64,000 nt of DNA from Octopus vulgaris (Eukaryota). Shown piece by piece: positions 13,866 through 26,508 of this stretch. Both the position numbers and the translations under genes were made by a program. The stretch covers positions 27,962,001 to 28,026,000 of the forward strand of contig OX597831.1 of NCBI GenBank assembly GCA_951406725.2, given 5' to 3'. How positions within the stretch are numbered: position 1 is the stretch's first letter; each line of letters begins with the position of its first letter. Under the pieces are notes generated by a model. It was not told where the DNA came from, did not search any database, and was given only the letters and a program-made list of their open reading frames with translations.

Positions 13866-15170
13866 CAACCTCTCCTGAGGATCGAATACTGGAGTTGGTT
13901 TATTACTGCATCAGAAATTGTAACTCCAGCATCCTGTTTTCCATCACTCGCGAACACGACTCCATACGTGCGCGTGCGCGTGTTCGGAGTAAATTTGATA
14001 GTTTGCATCAAGAAAAACATTATCCCGTCCAAAAACAAAAGTATTTTAAAGACTAAAAAAGTAGTAACTAGATTATTGCTGGCAGATTGCAGTTTACTCA
14101 AAGTAGCCATCCCCAACTTCTACCACGACCTCAAGACAATTCCGGAACCCGGTGCATGCGTTCCTCAAAGTGACTCTGGGAGGATCTTCGAACACCTCTT
14201 TGATCTTGGTCACAAGCTCAGCCTTGATGTTGTAGGCGGAGCGGTTGGTGCCTTTCTCAACCGTGCACCACACATCGTAATCCATAGGATTACAATCGGA
14301 GAATTGTTGTCGTTGATTGTTTTTTCTCAAGCCATGCCTGGCTCATACGGCCGGTTTCCCGGTTTCCTTGGCGTATAGGTTCCCCACCTGGACGGGACGC
14401 CGGTCCGTCGCAGGTGAGCTGCAAGATGCAGGAGGAAAGAGAGAAAGTTGTGGCGAGTCAGCAGAAGTTCGCCATTACCTTCTGCCGGAGCCACGTGGAG
14501 CTTAGGTGTTTCGCTCATAAACACACGCATCGCCCGGTCTGAGATTCGAACCCGCGATCCTTCGACTGCGAGTCCGCTACTCTAACCACTAGGCCATGTA
14601 CCTCCACACAATCGAAGAATTAGAAGGCCAGAAATTGGGGCTGGTGGAGTTGAGGAAATTTTCCAAGAACCACTTCGGACTCTTTCAGGAGATATGGTAA
14701 GGTCCTGAATCTTGCTGCCTCACATGTAGCTTTCCAACAGCAGCCTGCTCCAGCCAGGGTTTGACCACAGTCTCCAGTAGCTTCACATAACAGTCTGAAT
14801 TGAGCCTGAAGCCCAGTTCAAAGATGTAGAGCAGCATAACATCACCCTCACTGGAGACACACCAAAAGATCATCACAGTTTAGAGGAATTTTGTTTTTAT
14901 GATACATGGGATATCACATGGATTAAAGGCAAGCTACTTCTTGGTATTGTGAAACTGGTCCAGGCAGAAGGTATTTTCATCTGAATAGAATAGCTTGTTT
15001 AGGAATTTCTTTGCTTTCGTCTGGCGCTTCCTCTTGGCCTTGGCAGTCGGAATCTGTGTCTTCAACCTCTTGTACGAATGGTAGCGAAAGTACTCGTTCA
15101 GGACTAGCTTTATGGTGGTGACTCCAACACCCATTTCTCTCGCCGAAGCCCGGATGCACTTTCATTACCT

Positions 15171-15346
15171 TACAGTTCTATATTTAAGAGATGATGAATT
15201 CTGTACATTATTTACATTTGACGGATATTTGTCCTCGTCTTGTTTGTTGTTAACACAACGTTTCGGCTGATATACCCTCCAGCCTTCATCAGGTGTCATG
15301 GGGAAATTTCGAACCTGGGTTCTCATTCCTAAGGTATTTTTCGATG

Positions 15347-15436
<90 letters not shown>

Positions 15437-15504
15437 TCACTGCCTGGAATCGAACTCGGAATCTTGAGGTTAGTAGCCGGCGCTCTTAACCACTACGCCA
15501 TATG
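15171..15504 (-). mobile_element. Second copy of the tRNA-headed, hammerhead-tailed SINE-like element
   Basis: Colinear with 26191-26508; inserted inside a Tc1/mariner relic. Confidence 0.78.
15252..15297 (-). ncRNA. Minimal (Penelope-type) hammerhead ribozyme
   Basis: Minus: GACAC-CUGAUGA-A-GGCUG(GAGGGUAUAU)CAGCC-GAAA-CG-UU^GUGUU. Stem III is reduced to the palindrome ACGU, as in minimal HHRs of Penelope-like elements. Confidence 0.75.
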
Positions 15505-15783
15505 TAGCTGTCTCTGTCACGTTTTACGGCCTTTACATCGTTCACAATCTATTGAGAAGCACTCATGATGCCAGCATTTTGACACCCAGCGCGAATCATC
15601 ATCAGACAAGTAATTGTTTTCCAGCATTCAGATGTCTTCTGGGCCTCCATATCAGCAAGTTTTTTCTTAATTACACTTTAATCTTTACACTTGCCAACGT
15701 CGTTGATTGTTCACCAATAGATCAAGCTGTTCTTGGAAATAGGAGATATTAAAAAATCATCAAATTTACCCCCAGACACCCTG

Positions 15784-15848
<65 letters not shown>

Positions 15849-15961
15849 GTGCGCGTGTTTTTATGTTCAATTATAATAAAAACAAATTTACATTACCTTG
15901 ATGGGTTACTCCATACTATTGTAGAATCCAATTTTATTATTCTTAAACATGAATATTATTG

Positions 15962-16006
15962 ACAGTGACTTCGAAGTTTCGGCCAACTAAGCCATCGTCA
16001 GACCGC
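15962..16006 (-). ncRNA. Type I hammerhead ribozyme, compact
   Basis: Minus: GCGGU-CUGACGA-U-GGCU(UAGUU)GGCC-GAAA-CUUCGAAG-UC^ACUGU. Palindromic ACUUCGAAGU stem III, GUC triplet, stem I has two G-U pairs. Decayed sister copy at ~30274-30316. Confidence 0.78.
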
Positions 16007-16080
16007 AGCCCAACGATGGTTTAGCTAGCAGAAACTTAGCATCTTGTTTTGAAATGTGTGTGTGTGTGTGTGTGTGTGTG

Positions 16081-17275
16081 TTAGGTTGGAAAAAAGTCCA
16101 ATCACATTTCTGACATTAATCACTATGAGGGTACATTTTCAATATTTACAGTAAAGTAAGTAATAATTTTTTTACATTCTGGTGGAGATTTTTTTCTTTG
16201 CAGATTATTTTATACCGTAGTGGTCAATTTTGTATCGATTTTACCCTTTTAAAAGGAGTTCAGGTAAGATCCAGATCAGACACTGTATGCTGTGTGAATT
16301 CTAAATTGGTTCCTCAACATTGGAAGCGGCCAGAAATGTTCGTTCCGTCTATGGAAATAAAGCTTTAAGTGACTATAGTTTGGCTAATTTTACCCCGGAA
16401 AATTTTCTTGACGGATTTCCTTTGGACCACATTTTGTTATTATTGAACTTCTGAGTAATTAAGAAATTAAGAAATAAAGTAATTAAGAAACATCTAAAGC
16501 AAACCGCTTGATAATAATTAGCAAAACAGTTTAAATTAAGTCACACTTCGATCATAAGACACCTTCATGAAATAGAAAATATGTCTAAACTTGGCCAGTG
16601 GGTCCCTCCCTATCTAACTGCTTCTCAGCTTAATTAAAGAGCTGCCCTCCGCTCGTCATTGAAGAATGGACATACTACATAGGTAAAATCAGAAGCGATG
16701 GATAGTAGGTTCTCTATAGTCATATCCAAATAAAAAACAGAATCCATCCCCAAACCAGGACTAAATTCGTTCTGTATTTGATGGGTTATGAAGGGTGTCG
16801 TTTATCATGAAATTTTAAACCAAAACGAAACAGTTAATGTCGTTGTTTGGAAGCATTGCGCAAAAATTGACTGAAAAAACGCCCATCATCAATCATTTGT
16901 AAATGATGTTGTTCTCATACGATTACGCAAGACCACACGTTGCCCAAGTCACTCAGGAAAAGATTATGGTGCTAACTATGGAAGTTTTGCCTCATCCTCT
17001 TTACTCTCTTGGCCTCGCTACATCTGACTGTCGTCTTTCCAGATCATTGCAACATTATTTAAAGGCAAAACAGCTTATTAATTGCAGTGTGCGTTTCTTT
17101 GCTTCGAAACCCGAAGAATTTTACGCCTGAGGAATCAACCATTTGCTAAATAGATGTGATTACATTATCAATAATTAGGAAAAATATTATCTTGATTAAA
17201 TACATCAATTAAGACTAACGAAGTATTTGTTTCTTTCCTCTCTTGAAATGCAGCTGGATTTTCTTTCCAACCTAA
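16081..17275 (+). mobile_element. Degenerate near-full-length mariner DNA transposon
   Basis: TIRs ttaggttggaaa (16081) and tttccaacctaa followed by TA (17264-17277); ~1.2 kb; relic 'YDYARPHVAQVTQEKI..MEVLPHPLYSLGLATSDCRLSRSLQ' matches mariner HDNARPH/YSPDLAPSD motifs. Confidence 0.85.
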
Positions 17276-17360
17276 TATATGTGTATGTATGCATATATAT
17301 ATATATATATATAGATAGATAAAGATATATATATATATACATACATACACACATACATAC

Positions 17361-17445
<85 letters not shown>

Positions 17446-17586
17446 GCCGACATACACATACATAGATACATTCATGCATCTATGTATGTATACGTATATT
17501 TGCATGAATGCATATATATATGTATGTATATGTATATATATATGTATATATACATATGGGTATATATATATATACATATACATATG

Positions 17587-17635
<49 letters not shown>

Positions 17636-18360
17636 GTGTGTGTGTATATATATGTACATACATGAATGTATGTATATATATTTATATGTATATGTACATA
17701 CATACAGACATACATATACATACATAGATACATTCATTCATACATAAATACATATCTTTGTATTGACATGTGTGTGTGTGTGTGTAAATGCGTGACTGTT
17801 TGAGTATATAGTTTATGTCTGTAGAACTTCAAAACACGCGCTCGCGCGCATTTCTAAACTTCACACGGTATTATATTACCTGCAAGTGATTTTATTTTTA
17901 TCCTGTTTCCCTATTTTCTTTCGTTTTACATCTACCACACACAAACACACATGCGCACATACACACACACACACTCACACTCACATACACAGAGGCTCCT
18001 AATTTTAATCAATCTGAAGATGCTTTCTTGTTAGTCTTATACTCTGGGGTTTCCCTACCTCTCTCTCTCTCTTCCTACACAGCAAACATTTCCATTATCT
18101 CCTTGGCCTCGTTTTGATAGAATTGTTTCAGTCTGTTCGGGAAAAACACACTGATTACGTTACAAGTCTCCGTTTGTTTATCTCACAGTCTCTGGTTACA
18201 ATGTCAGTCTTCGTTTCATTTGCCTGTTACGTATTTATTCCTGTCTGCCTGAAATGGCTGGTTGAATCGAGACGGACCTTCGTTCATATCCCTTCACCAG
18301 CGATGGCTACTGTATATAACAGGGCAAAGGCCAGATTTACCTGGCTTTTTGTAGGTACCT

Positions 18361-18590
18361 ATTTCTTTATTACCCACAAGGGGCTAAACAGAGAGGGGAC
18401 AAACAAGGACAGACATAGGTATTAAGTCGATTACATCGACCCCAGTGCGTAACTGGTACTTAATTTATCGACCCCGAAAGGATGAAAGGCAAAGTCGACC
18501 TCGGCGGAATTTGAACTCACAACGTAACGCAGACGAAATACCGCTAAGCATTTCGCCCGGCGTGCTAACGTTTCTGCCAGCTCGCCGCCT
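18361..18590 (-). mobile_element. tRNA-derived SINE family B (Nin/Deu-domain-like core)
   Basis: Minus: GGCGGCGAGCTGGCAGAAACGTTAG..GAGTTCAAATTCC, then GCCTTTCATCCTTTCGGGGTCGATAAATTAAGTACC. Other copies at 6170-6378, 7845-7935, 12640-12815, 23345-23475, 44148-44356, 45240-45355, 51120-51270, 54690-54875 and 58400-58645. Confidence 0.8.
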
Positions 18591-18604
18591 TTATGTAGGC
18601 TTTT

Positions 18605-19465
18605 GTAGGTACCACGGGGCAAAGTAAGTACCTGAGGGTAAAGTGGGTACCACTGGGTAAAGCAGGCGCTACAGGCAAAGAAAGAAACAGGGTAAACAAG
18701 ATACCACAAAGCAAAATAGGTACCAAAATGGCAAATAAGTACCACAGGGTAAAGTTGATACCACAAGGGCAAATATGGTACCACAGAGTAAAGTATATAC
18801 ACCGGGGTAAAATGATACAAGATAAAGTGATATCGCAGCGCAAAGTAAGCAATATATGGGCAAAGTAGATACCACAGGGGCAAAGTAGGTATTACAGAGG
18901 AAAGTAAGTACCATAGAAGCAAAGTAGGTAAATTAGGGTAAAGTGCTACCATAGTGCCAAATAGGTACCGTGGGGGTAAAGTAGATACCACTAGGCAAAA
19001 TAGATACTACAGGGGCAGTGTAAGCACCACAGGGTAAATTTACACCTCAGTGATAAATAGGTACCATAGAGAAAGTAGGTAGTACTGAGCAAAGTAAGTA
19101 ACACAGAAGCAAAGTAGGAACAACAGGGGCAAAGTAGGTACTTCAGGTTAATGAAAAATCGGTGCCAGATGGCAAAGTAGGTACCAGAGAGGCAAAATAG
19201 GTACCTCAGCGTAAAATAGTATCTCAGTGCAAAATAGGTATCACAAGGCAAAGTAGGCACTTTAGGGGGTAAAGTAGATACTACAGAGGCAAAATAGATA
19301 CCACAGTGCAGAATAGGTACCATAAAGCAAAGTAGGTACCATAGGGAGTAAAGCAGATACTACAGAGGTAAAATAGATAGCAAAATGCAAAATATGTACC
19401 ATAAGGCAAAGTAGGTACCACAGGGCAAAGTAAGTACTTGTTGTAAAGTATGTATCACAGGGCAT
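18605..19465. repeat. Degenerate ~19-20-bp minisatellite (GTACCACAGGGGCAAAGTAG-like)
   Basis: Roughly 40 diverged tandem units. Confidence 0.85.
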
Positions 19466-19695
19466 CATCTCAATAGTGTTGTCTACTTTTCTCATTATAT
19501 AAGAAGGCTCGGACTCTGTGCTTTCGCCCTTCTTCCAGGATGTTGTTTGGACCCGTTTTGTGTTGGATGAGGAAGATTAATGGGAAATTAGAGATTGCTG
19601 AGCTCAAAGCTCACTCGTAACATGTCATGCATGCACAATAGTACATTGTCAATTATACACACATATTGTTAATTATACGCACATATATAAATATG

Positions 19696-19732
<37 letters not shown>

Positions 19733-20319
19733 GTTTAAATATTTGTTGTGCAAGATTTTTTATGTGAAGTCGTGTGTTGAAACAGATATTGTTGTATTTA
19801 GGAATGGTCATTTTGCCAGTTTAGCCAATAAAAACACACGCACTATATATTTGGTGTTACTTTGCTTCAATGTTATTTATTTTTTACATTAATCTTAATC
19901 TTATTTCGGCCAGAGTTCTTTCGTCACACTCCTGTGACCGCATCAGTGGTCCTTTGTTTTCTTCTTACTTATTTGTGTCTCTCCTTACTAACCGTCAGCC
20001 ATTTTGTATTTCTATTGTATGTCTTCATTTGCGCATGCTTATATCTCTATGTGCGTTTATGTTTATTTAGTGTGTGTATGTGGGGGATGCCTGTAATATT
20101 TGTATCTTCTGTTTATATATGTTCATGTAATTTGTAATTTTATATGTTCATGTAATTTGTATTTTGTATTTTTTGGTTTTTGTTTTTGTTTGTTCTTATT
20201 TTGTTCATATGTTTACATCCACCCATTATTATCATTACATATGCTTGTATGTATGTATGTATGTATAACAACAATACTAGTAATAATAATAATAATAATA
20301 AATTGAATCGAAAAAAAAA

Positions 20320-20352
<33 letters not shown>

Positions 20353-20658
20353 CATATACAAAAAACAAAACAAAATACAAAATACAAATTACATGAACAT
20401 ACTATGCAATAGATGTAACTGTAGACTAAAATCTGTATCCATATGGCATACTTAGCCTATGTATATCGTTGTTTTAGTATTTGTTTCTGTGACAAGTTTT
20501 AATAAAAGCAATTTAACATTAAAATGAAGAATTACTCAATATATTTTTGTAAAATGCTTGTTTATTAAAGTTTTACAAAAAACTCATTATCGCTTTGTTT
20601 ACCATGTAGGCAATCATCGAAATTTTTGTTTGTCTTGTTGTCGAGAGATGCTTCCTTT

Positions 20659-20740
20659 CTTTCCTGATGAGAAGATTGCATAATGCACCCTTTATTCCTT
20701 TGGAATGAAAACATGCTGTCTTCGAAACATGTGTCGAGAG
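20659..20740 (+). ncRNA. Type I hammerhead ribozyme with long loop II
   Basis: CUUUC-CUGAUGA-GAAGA(~43 nt)UCUUC-GAAA-CAUGUG-UC^GAGAG. Stem I CUUUC/GAGAG, stem II 5 bp, near-palindromic stem III, GUC triplet (cut after 20735). Confidence 0.85.
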
Positions 20741-20964
20741 TAAAGGAATTTTGTTAACATCTTCGTTCGACTCCATTCTTTCATTTATTCATATACAACA
20801 CACAAATTTCTACACATGAACCCGGAGTTTCTACCCTTGACAGGTCGCTTCAATCGTGTTTTCTGACGTGAATTTGCTACCCAGGTTTCGGTTAAACGAA
20901 TTTTCCATGTTGAAGATAAACATAGGATAATTCATTCACCTACTATATATATATATATATATAT

Positions 20965-21567
20965 ATATTTTAATCAATTTAGGGTAGCAAAAAATTCAAT
21001 AGAAATTATTTTGCCACCAGCGGTCTAGTGAGAAAGAGGAAATAGTCAGAGACTATAAATAAATTCAACAATAATTGAGGAACGACCACAATAGGCCGTT
21101 CGACCCACTAGAAAGAGCAGCCAGGGCTCCAACCGCAAATAGTAGTAATTCCGAAATTTAAGGAAAAATTAAAAAACATTTACCCTGTATCTTTAGACAA
21201 TGCATTGTTTCGGCGTTTTTTAATGGCAAACCAGCCTGATTAAATTAAATTAAACCCAATCAAGTCAATCTTCCATAAGGTCACGCGCTCATCAGTAAAG
21301 AAGCCAGAAGGGGCAGAAATTACTCGAGGCAGCAACATCTATGCCTGAGCGGTGACCTTATGGAAGATTGACTTGATTGGGTTTAATTTAATTTAATCAG
21401 GCTGGTTTGCCATTAAAAAACGCCGAAACAATGCATTGTCTAAAGATACAGGGTAAATGTTTTTTAATTTTTCCTTAAATTTCGGAATTACTACTATTTG
21501 CGGTTGGAGCCCTGGCTGCTCTTTCTAGTGGGTCGAACGGCTATTGTGGTCGTTCCTCAATTATTGT

Positions 21568-21569
<2 letters not shown>
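20965..21569. mobile_element. Inverted pLTR-like element between (TA)n tracts
   Basis: ~225-bp nearly perfect inverted repeat (~21066-21291 and 21346-21569) with a ~55-nt spacer; left arm carries the complete HHR. Confidence 0.75.
21191..21300 (-). ncRNA. Type I hammerhead ribozyme with long loop II and palindromic stem III
   Basis: Minus: CUUUA-CUGAUGA-GCG(~70 nt)CGCC-GAAA-CAAUGCAUUG-UC^UAAAG. Stem I CUUUA/UAAAG, palindrome ACAAUGCAUUGU, GUC triplet; stem II is imperfect. Confidence 0.8.
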
Positions 21570-21619
<50 letters not shown>

Positions 21620-21661
21620 CATACATACATACATACACATTCATATATACATACATACACA

Positions 21662-21700
<39 letters not shown>

Positions 21701-21949
21701 GGACCGACCAGGCTATCTGATGTTGCCACACATCGCTGGTCACTATGCGCTTCGCATTGTTTTAGCCTTCAAATGACGCCACTCCGCTGGCTAAGCGAGC
21801 AGGCCATCAGACGAAAGAGTGAGAGAAAGTTGTGGCGAAAGAGTACAGCAGGGATCGCCACCACTCCCTGCCGGAGCCTCGTGGAACTTAGGGTGTTTTC
21901 ACTCATAACGCCCAGTTTGGGAATCGAAACCACGATCCTACGACCTCGA

Positions 21950-23260
21950 AAATAGCTCTTCCTTCCCGTTTCAAGGAAGGAGGCGCGACAATATTCACGA
22001 TAGACTCGGTTGATAAACTGACTCGTCCCACACGCAATAGCAGTCGTTCGACATAGGGCCACAAGTCGGAAATGGTTGGACACTACGAGTGGGTGCAGAA
22101 CGGTTTCGTCGCTTTGACCGCATCTCGGACAGGTCGGCCCCGTGTTTCTCGAGCCATGCCTGTAGAGCTTATCTCGAACGGGTAGCGCTTCTCGATAGCA
22201 CTGCCAGGATAGGGATCTCTGGAAGTTGTCCATAGGTCCCGGCCCGAAAGTCTTGAACAGGCGGGTTAGGTATTCCTCGTCGACGCCCAGGTTCTCCTCG
22301 AGATCGTGGTTATACTGTCCCTCCACTACTCCGCTATAGAATGCTTTGGTTGTGTTGCAGTTGCTCAAGGTCGACCCGGGACGGCATAGTTCCTCGAGAG
22401 CAACGCGACACTTACAGCGCCATTCTCCCTTCCTCGGCCTCTTTTTGATCCACGACTGCAGTTCGGTGATGGAGACGAGGTGCGGGAAAGCGCGTCTCAC
22501 AAACGGCGATCACACCTGTTCACCGTCGTCTACGTAGAGCCGGAGATGTCGCAGTCTCAGTGCATGTCTGCGCATCATCAACCACGGCATGCCCAGCCCT
22601 CCTTTTAACGGGTGTTAGCAGCAAACGGATCGCCTGACCATCGGAATGCAACATTTCCACAAGAAGCGGAAGAAAATGCATTCCAGTTTGGTGATGGTAG
22701 GGTCGGGACAAGGCACGATGGTCAGGCGGTAGTAGATGACAGACGCAACGTACGTGTTCGCCACCTCCGCCCAACCTTTTAGGGACAGCTTCCTCTCGGC
22801 CCATTGCCGGGCGAGAGTGGCCACCCTACTCGTTATCTCGTTCCAGTTCTTCTCCGTTTGGAGGTACGGACCAAACCAGACCCCGAGCAACTCGACCGGA
22901 CCATCGATCCAGCGTCTCACGACGGAGGTGTTGCTAGACGGCATGGGCTTGCTTCTCCAGGTGCCTAGCGGCAAGCTCACTGACTTTTCTCGGTTGATTT
23001 TCGCTCCTGTTATCGCTGCGTAGTCTTTCAGTGTCTCACCGACCAGCTCGATGTGCTTCTGGCTAGACACTATGAGGGTGACGTCGTGTGTGTATGCGGA
23101 CACGCTCGTCCCGCATCCCAGTTCTCGCGGGATGCCCCTCAGCGTCGCCAACTTCCGCAGTAGTGGCTCGAGAGTCAATATCTACAGAAGTGACGAGAGC
23201 GGGTATCCGTGACGGACCGAACGTGCAATGTCGAAAGGTCCCGAAAGATGTCCAATCATG
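21950..23260 (-). mobile_element. L1/Tx1-like LINE ORF2 fragment (RT C-terminal half plus zinc finger)
   Basis: 'SVRHGYPLSSLL' (QG-PLS motif), 'VSAYTHDVT' (decayed YADD), 'GAKINREKS', C-terminal 'LPVRDKLYRHG..CPRCGQSDETVLH'; frameshifts and stops present. Confidence 0.85.
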
Positions 23261-23261
23261 C

Positions 23262-23334
<73 letters not shown>

Positions 23335-23567
23335 TTGTGTATATAGGGCAGCGATTTGGATGGATCGTTAAAGTGTCGAATAGATTAGCTTGCGTTATTC
23401 ATTCCGGTTCTCTGCGTTTCAAGTTCAAATCACACCGAAGTCAATTTTCGCTTTTCAGCCTTTCAGAGTCGATAACATCTTATTCATTCTCCACTTCCGT
23501 CTGTTAGTCTGTCTGTCTCCTTCTGGACAGATCTGGAGAGGGACGGGCTCAGTCAAATATAAAAGTA

Positions 23568-24142
23568 CTAGCTGAGGTACCCGGTAATAAATTACCGTTA
23601 ATAAGATGTCTGTTTATAGCCATGAAACATTTTAAATCTATAATAATGGGTAGGACCAATTTGACGAAAAAATGAGCAGAGTCTGGTAGCGAACCCGTGT
23701 CGTCGTCATTTTCGTGCATGTGCGTAAAATGGCGAAATCTTACACTTTGGGGCAGATTTCGTCAAACTGATGTCAAGATGGCTAGAGCGCAAAATGCCTA
23801 AATTTTGCTTGAGAAATGCTCGTACCTAATCAAAATCTGAAACAATAGGGAATTAAAACAACGAATTGAAATAATAAGTTTTAGCAAATCAAAACAATTT
23901 GCATTGAAACGAAGAATTAGGAAATGTTAAATAGATTACCGTTAATAAGCTGTCTGTTTATACACAAGAAACATTTTCCGTCACATTTCGGCATTATTCG
24001 TCAAATTAATTTCATGATGGCCAGTGCAAAAAATGCCGAAATTTTGCGATTTTTGAAAAGTCGATGCTGATTTAAAATCGATTTTTAAAAAAAAAATTCC
24101 AAGTGCGTAAGTGACCGCATGGGCATAAGCCCCCCCCCCCCT

Positions 24143-24180
<38 letters not shown>

Positions 24181-24251
24181 AGTTTCATCAAGGTCTGTTC
24201 GTTAAAGTAACAAATTCACAAACACACAAACTTGCCATTTCTTATTATAGA
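23568..24251 (-). mobile_element. Non-autonomous Helitron-like element
   Basis: Minus: starts A|TC (TCTATAATAA), ends CTAG|T, with the hairpin CGGTAAT-TT-ATTACCG ~10 nt before the CTAG; internal direct repeat at ~23590 and ~23935. Confidence 0.65.
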
Positions 24252-24908
24252 TATAAGGCATTTTCTGCTATAGCTCCATCTTCATGTCATAATTTTTCCT
24301 GTGCAAAATAGTAACAGAATGGTTTCTAACTTACAGATTTCCTTCTCCTGGATGAATTGTCTTCACTCTGACTGGTGAGCACCATCTACCTCTGACTATA
24401 TTCGACGGCCGTTACTTTCATGAGGTCCTCCGCCATTTGACGGGTCTTGTTTCTCATACATCCTAATCAAGCAAGCTAGACGGGGTTGCTGGTTTAGTTA
24501 CCGACGACCTGACAACACAATAGGTTGTACTGAGTTACATGTTACCGGTAATGGTAGAACGACCTGACAAGATATATATGCCTTCGTCTTTTGTTTATTT
24601 TCATAAAGCTTCCCGTTATATATATATATATATATTCCTGTTTTTATTCGTTACTGTAAATTTTATCTTCGTCTCTTGTTTTCCTGTTCGTCTCGACTGT
24701 CACATTCTTTCCTTCTACCAAGCAAATCTAATGCCCATAGCTTAGCTTTTGCCTTGGGGCTGGCCTTTTCGGAGCAAATCTAAGAATTAAACAGCCGAAA
24801 TTTGCCATGATGAATCGGTTTCTGACTGAAGAATGAAGGCTCTGAATTACTGTCCGTTTTTCCGTGTTTGTCAATTCGTGAATTTCACGTCCTTTATATA
24901 TAAGTTTT

Positions 24909-24952
<44 letters not shown>

Positions 24953-25174
24953 GATACATACATACGTACATACATACACATATACAGATACATACATACA
25001 TATATATATATATATGTATGTATGTATTGTTTAATGCACACAGTATATAAATTTATAAGTTACTAATAGTGTCATACGTTGTGGATGTTAAGCGGGTTTT
25101 AATAATACACCTAGTGTCTCCAAGCAATATATATATATATGCTCTGAGCACATGGCCTATCTAAGTTACGAATA

Positions 25175-25578
25175 AACTCCGTTATATATCATGCAGAAGT
25201 CACAGCAACAGTACATGATAACCTAACCAAAAAGAATAATTACATCGGGTTATGCAAGGGCGACTTTAAAGGATGCTAACCACCTATCTACTTTCCGGCA
25301 CATGGACAAGAGGAAAGCCGCTAATTCGGCTAACCACGTATTGGGACTTGAAGACCAACTCCACACCTCATACAATCAAGTGGAAAATCGTAGAAAAGTC
25401 TATGCCATATATTAATGCAAGTTATGCGCAGCTGAAAGGTTGAATAGCCTTTTCAGATCTATTACATCTAAGAATTTCACCGCACAGCTGAATTCGAGAT
25501 CAGAAATTTTCAGCAAATACAAACGTATGGACAAGTTTCTTTTGGCGCTTTGGAGAACACCATCCTCTCCGGATTGAA
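25175..25578 (+). pseudogene. Penelope-like element GIY-YIG endonuclease remnant
   Basis: Manual translation with frameshifts and stops: NSVIYHAEV...NNYIGLCKGDFK...HLSTFRH...NHV-WDLK...IKWKIVEKSMPY...LCAAERL...LNSRSEIFSKYKRMDKFLL. VIY at 25181 and YIG at 25241 are in frame. Starts just after a (TA)n run. Confidence 0.8.
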
Positions 25579-26190
25579 CAGCTGTATCTCAGACTTTATA
25601 CCCCTTCCGTTGATTTTACACCAGCTAGCTTTATGGCTTTACGGTCAAAGGGGAAATAACTCAAATTAACTTCTTTTTTTTCTCCTTTCTTTTTCCGTTT
25701 GTTTCACCCTTCCACATTTCGAAATCACCTTCCACTCGTTTATTTCTTGTGATTTCTTTTGTTCTATTATCCTGCTTTGTGATTTGTATAGTCCATGTGC
25801 TCGGAGCCAGTAGATTGCTTGAAGACAATAGGCATTTTATTACAATCCGCCTAGACAATATCTCCAATGTATGAAACTATTAGTAGCTCATAACTATATA
25901 TTGTGTACGTTAAACAATATCTTTCTCTAGGTGGAGTACATTTTTGCTGATTTTACCTTAAAGGGAAAGTAAACTATATACGTGTATGTATGTATGTATG
26001 TATGTATGTATGTAGGTAAGTAGTTAGGTAGGTAGGTAGGTAGGTAGGTATATAAGTATGTATGTGTGTGCGCGTAATTTTGTGTTCATACTTGAAAACC
26101 GGTGTTGGTTTGTTTACGTTACTGTAACATTAGCGGTTCGGTCAAAAAATGAAAGACCAATAGAATAAGTAGTAGACTTAAAAGTAAGAC

Positions 26191-26508
26191 AATACAGTTC
26201 TATATTTAAGAGATGAGGAACCAAGTACATTATTTACATTTGACAGATATTTGTCCTCATCTTGTTTGTTGTTAACACAACGTTTCGGCTGATATACCCT
26301 CCAGCCTTCATCAGGTGTCTTGGGGAAATTTCGAACCTTGGTTCTCATTCCAAAGGTATTTTTCGATGTTATTATTATTATTGTTGTTGTTGTTGTTATT
26401 ATTATTATCATCGTTGTTGTTGTTGCTCAGGTCACTGCTTGGAATCGAACTCAGAATCTTGGGGTTAGTAGCCCGGGCTGTTAACCACTACGCCATATGC
26501 CCGTGGGC
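26191..26508 (-). mobile_element. tRNA-headed SINE-like element with (AAT)n spacer and hammerhead-containing tail
   Basis: Minus: A-box-like TGGCGTAGTGG and B-box GAGTTCGATTCC, then (AAT/AAC)n, then HHR tail. Flanked by the direct repeat AAAGTAAGAC (26181-26190 and 26509-26518) and splits an older SINE. Confidence 0.8.
26274..26319 (-). ncRNA. Minimal (Penelope-type) hammerhead ribozyme, second copy
   Basis: Same motif as 15252-15297, apparently identical across the HHR. Confidence 0.75.

Larger units (their letters stand above)
14085..15785 (-). mobile_element. Fragmented Tc1/mariner-superfamily transposase relic, interrupted by two SINEs
   Basis: Minus-strand pieces 'FYSDENTF', 'VSSEGDVM...VVKPWLE...QQDSGPYH' and 'SDCNPMDYDVW...GDGYFE'; possible terminus CAGGGTGTC at ~15784. 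Confidence 0.75.

Noticed and set aside
24745-24860. GGCTG...CAGCC-GAAA and CTGAAGA words in a TA-flanked repeat (also ~1610-1710 and ~11110-11165)
   Set aside because: Core nucleotides are missing or in the wrong order; cannot be called an HHR from these copies.
26421-26502. tRNA gene
   Set aside because: A/B boxes present but no complete cloverleaf acceptor stem; it is a SINE head, as are the other A/B-box hits.
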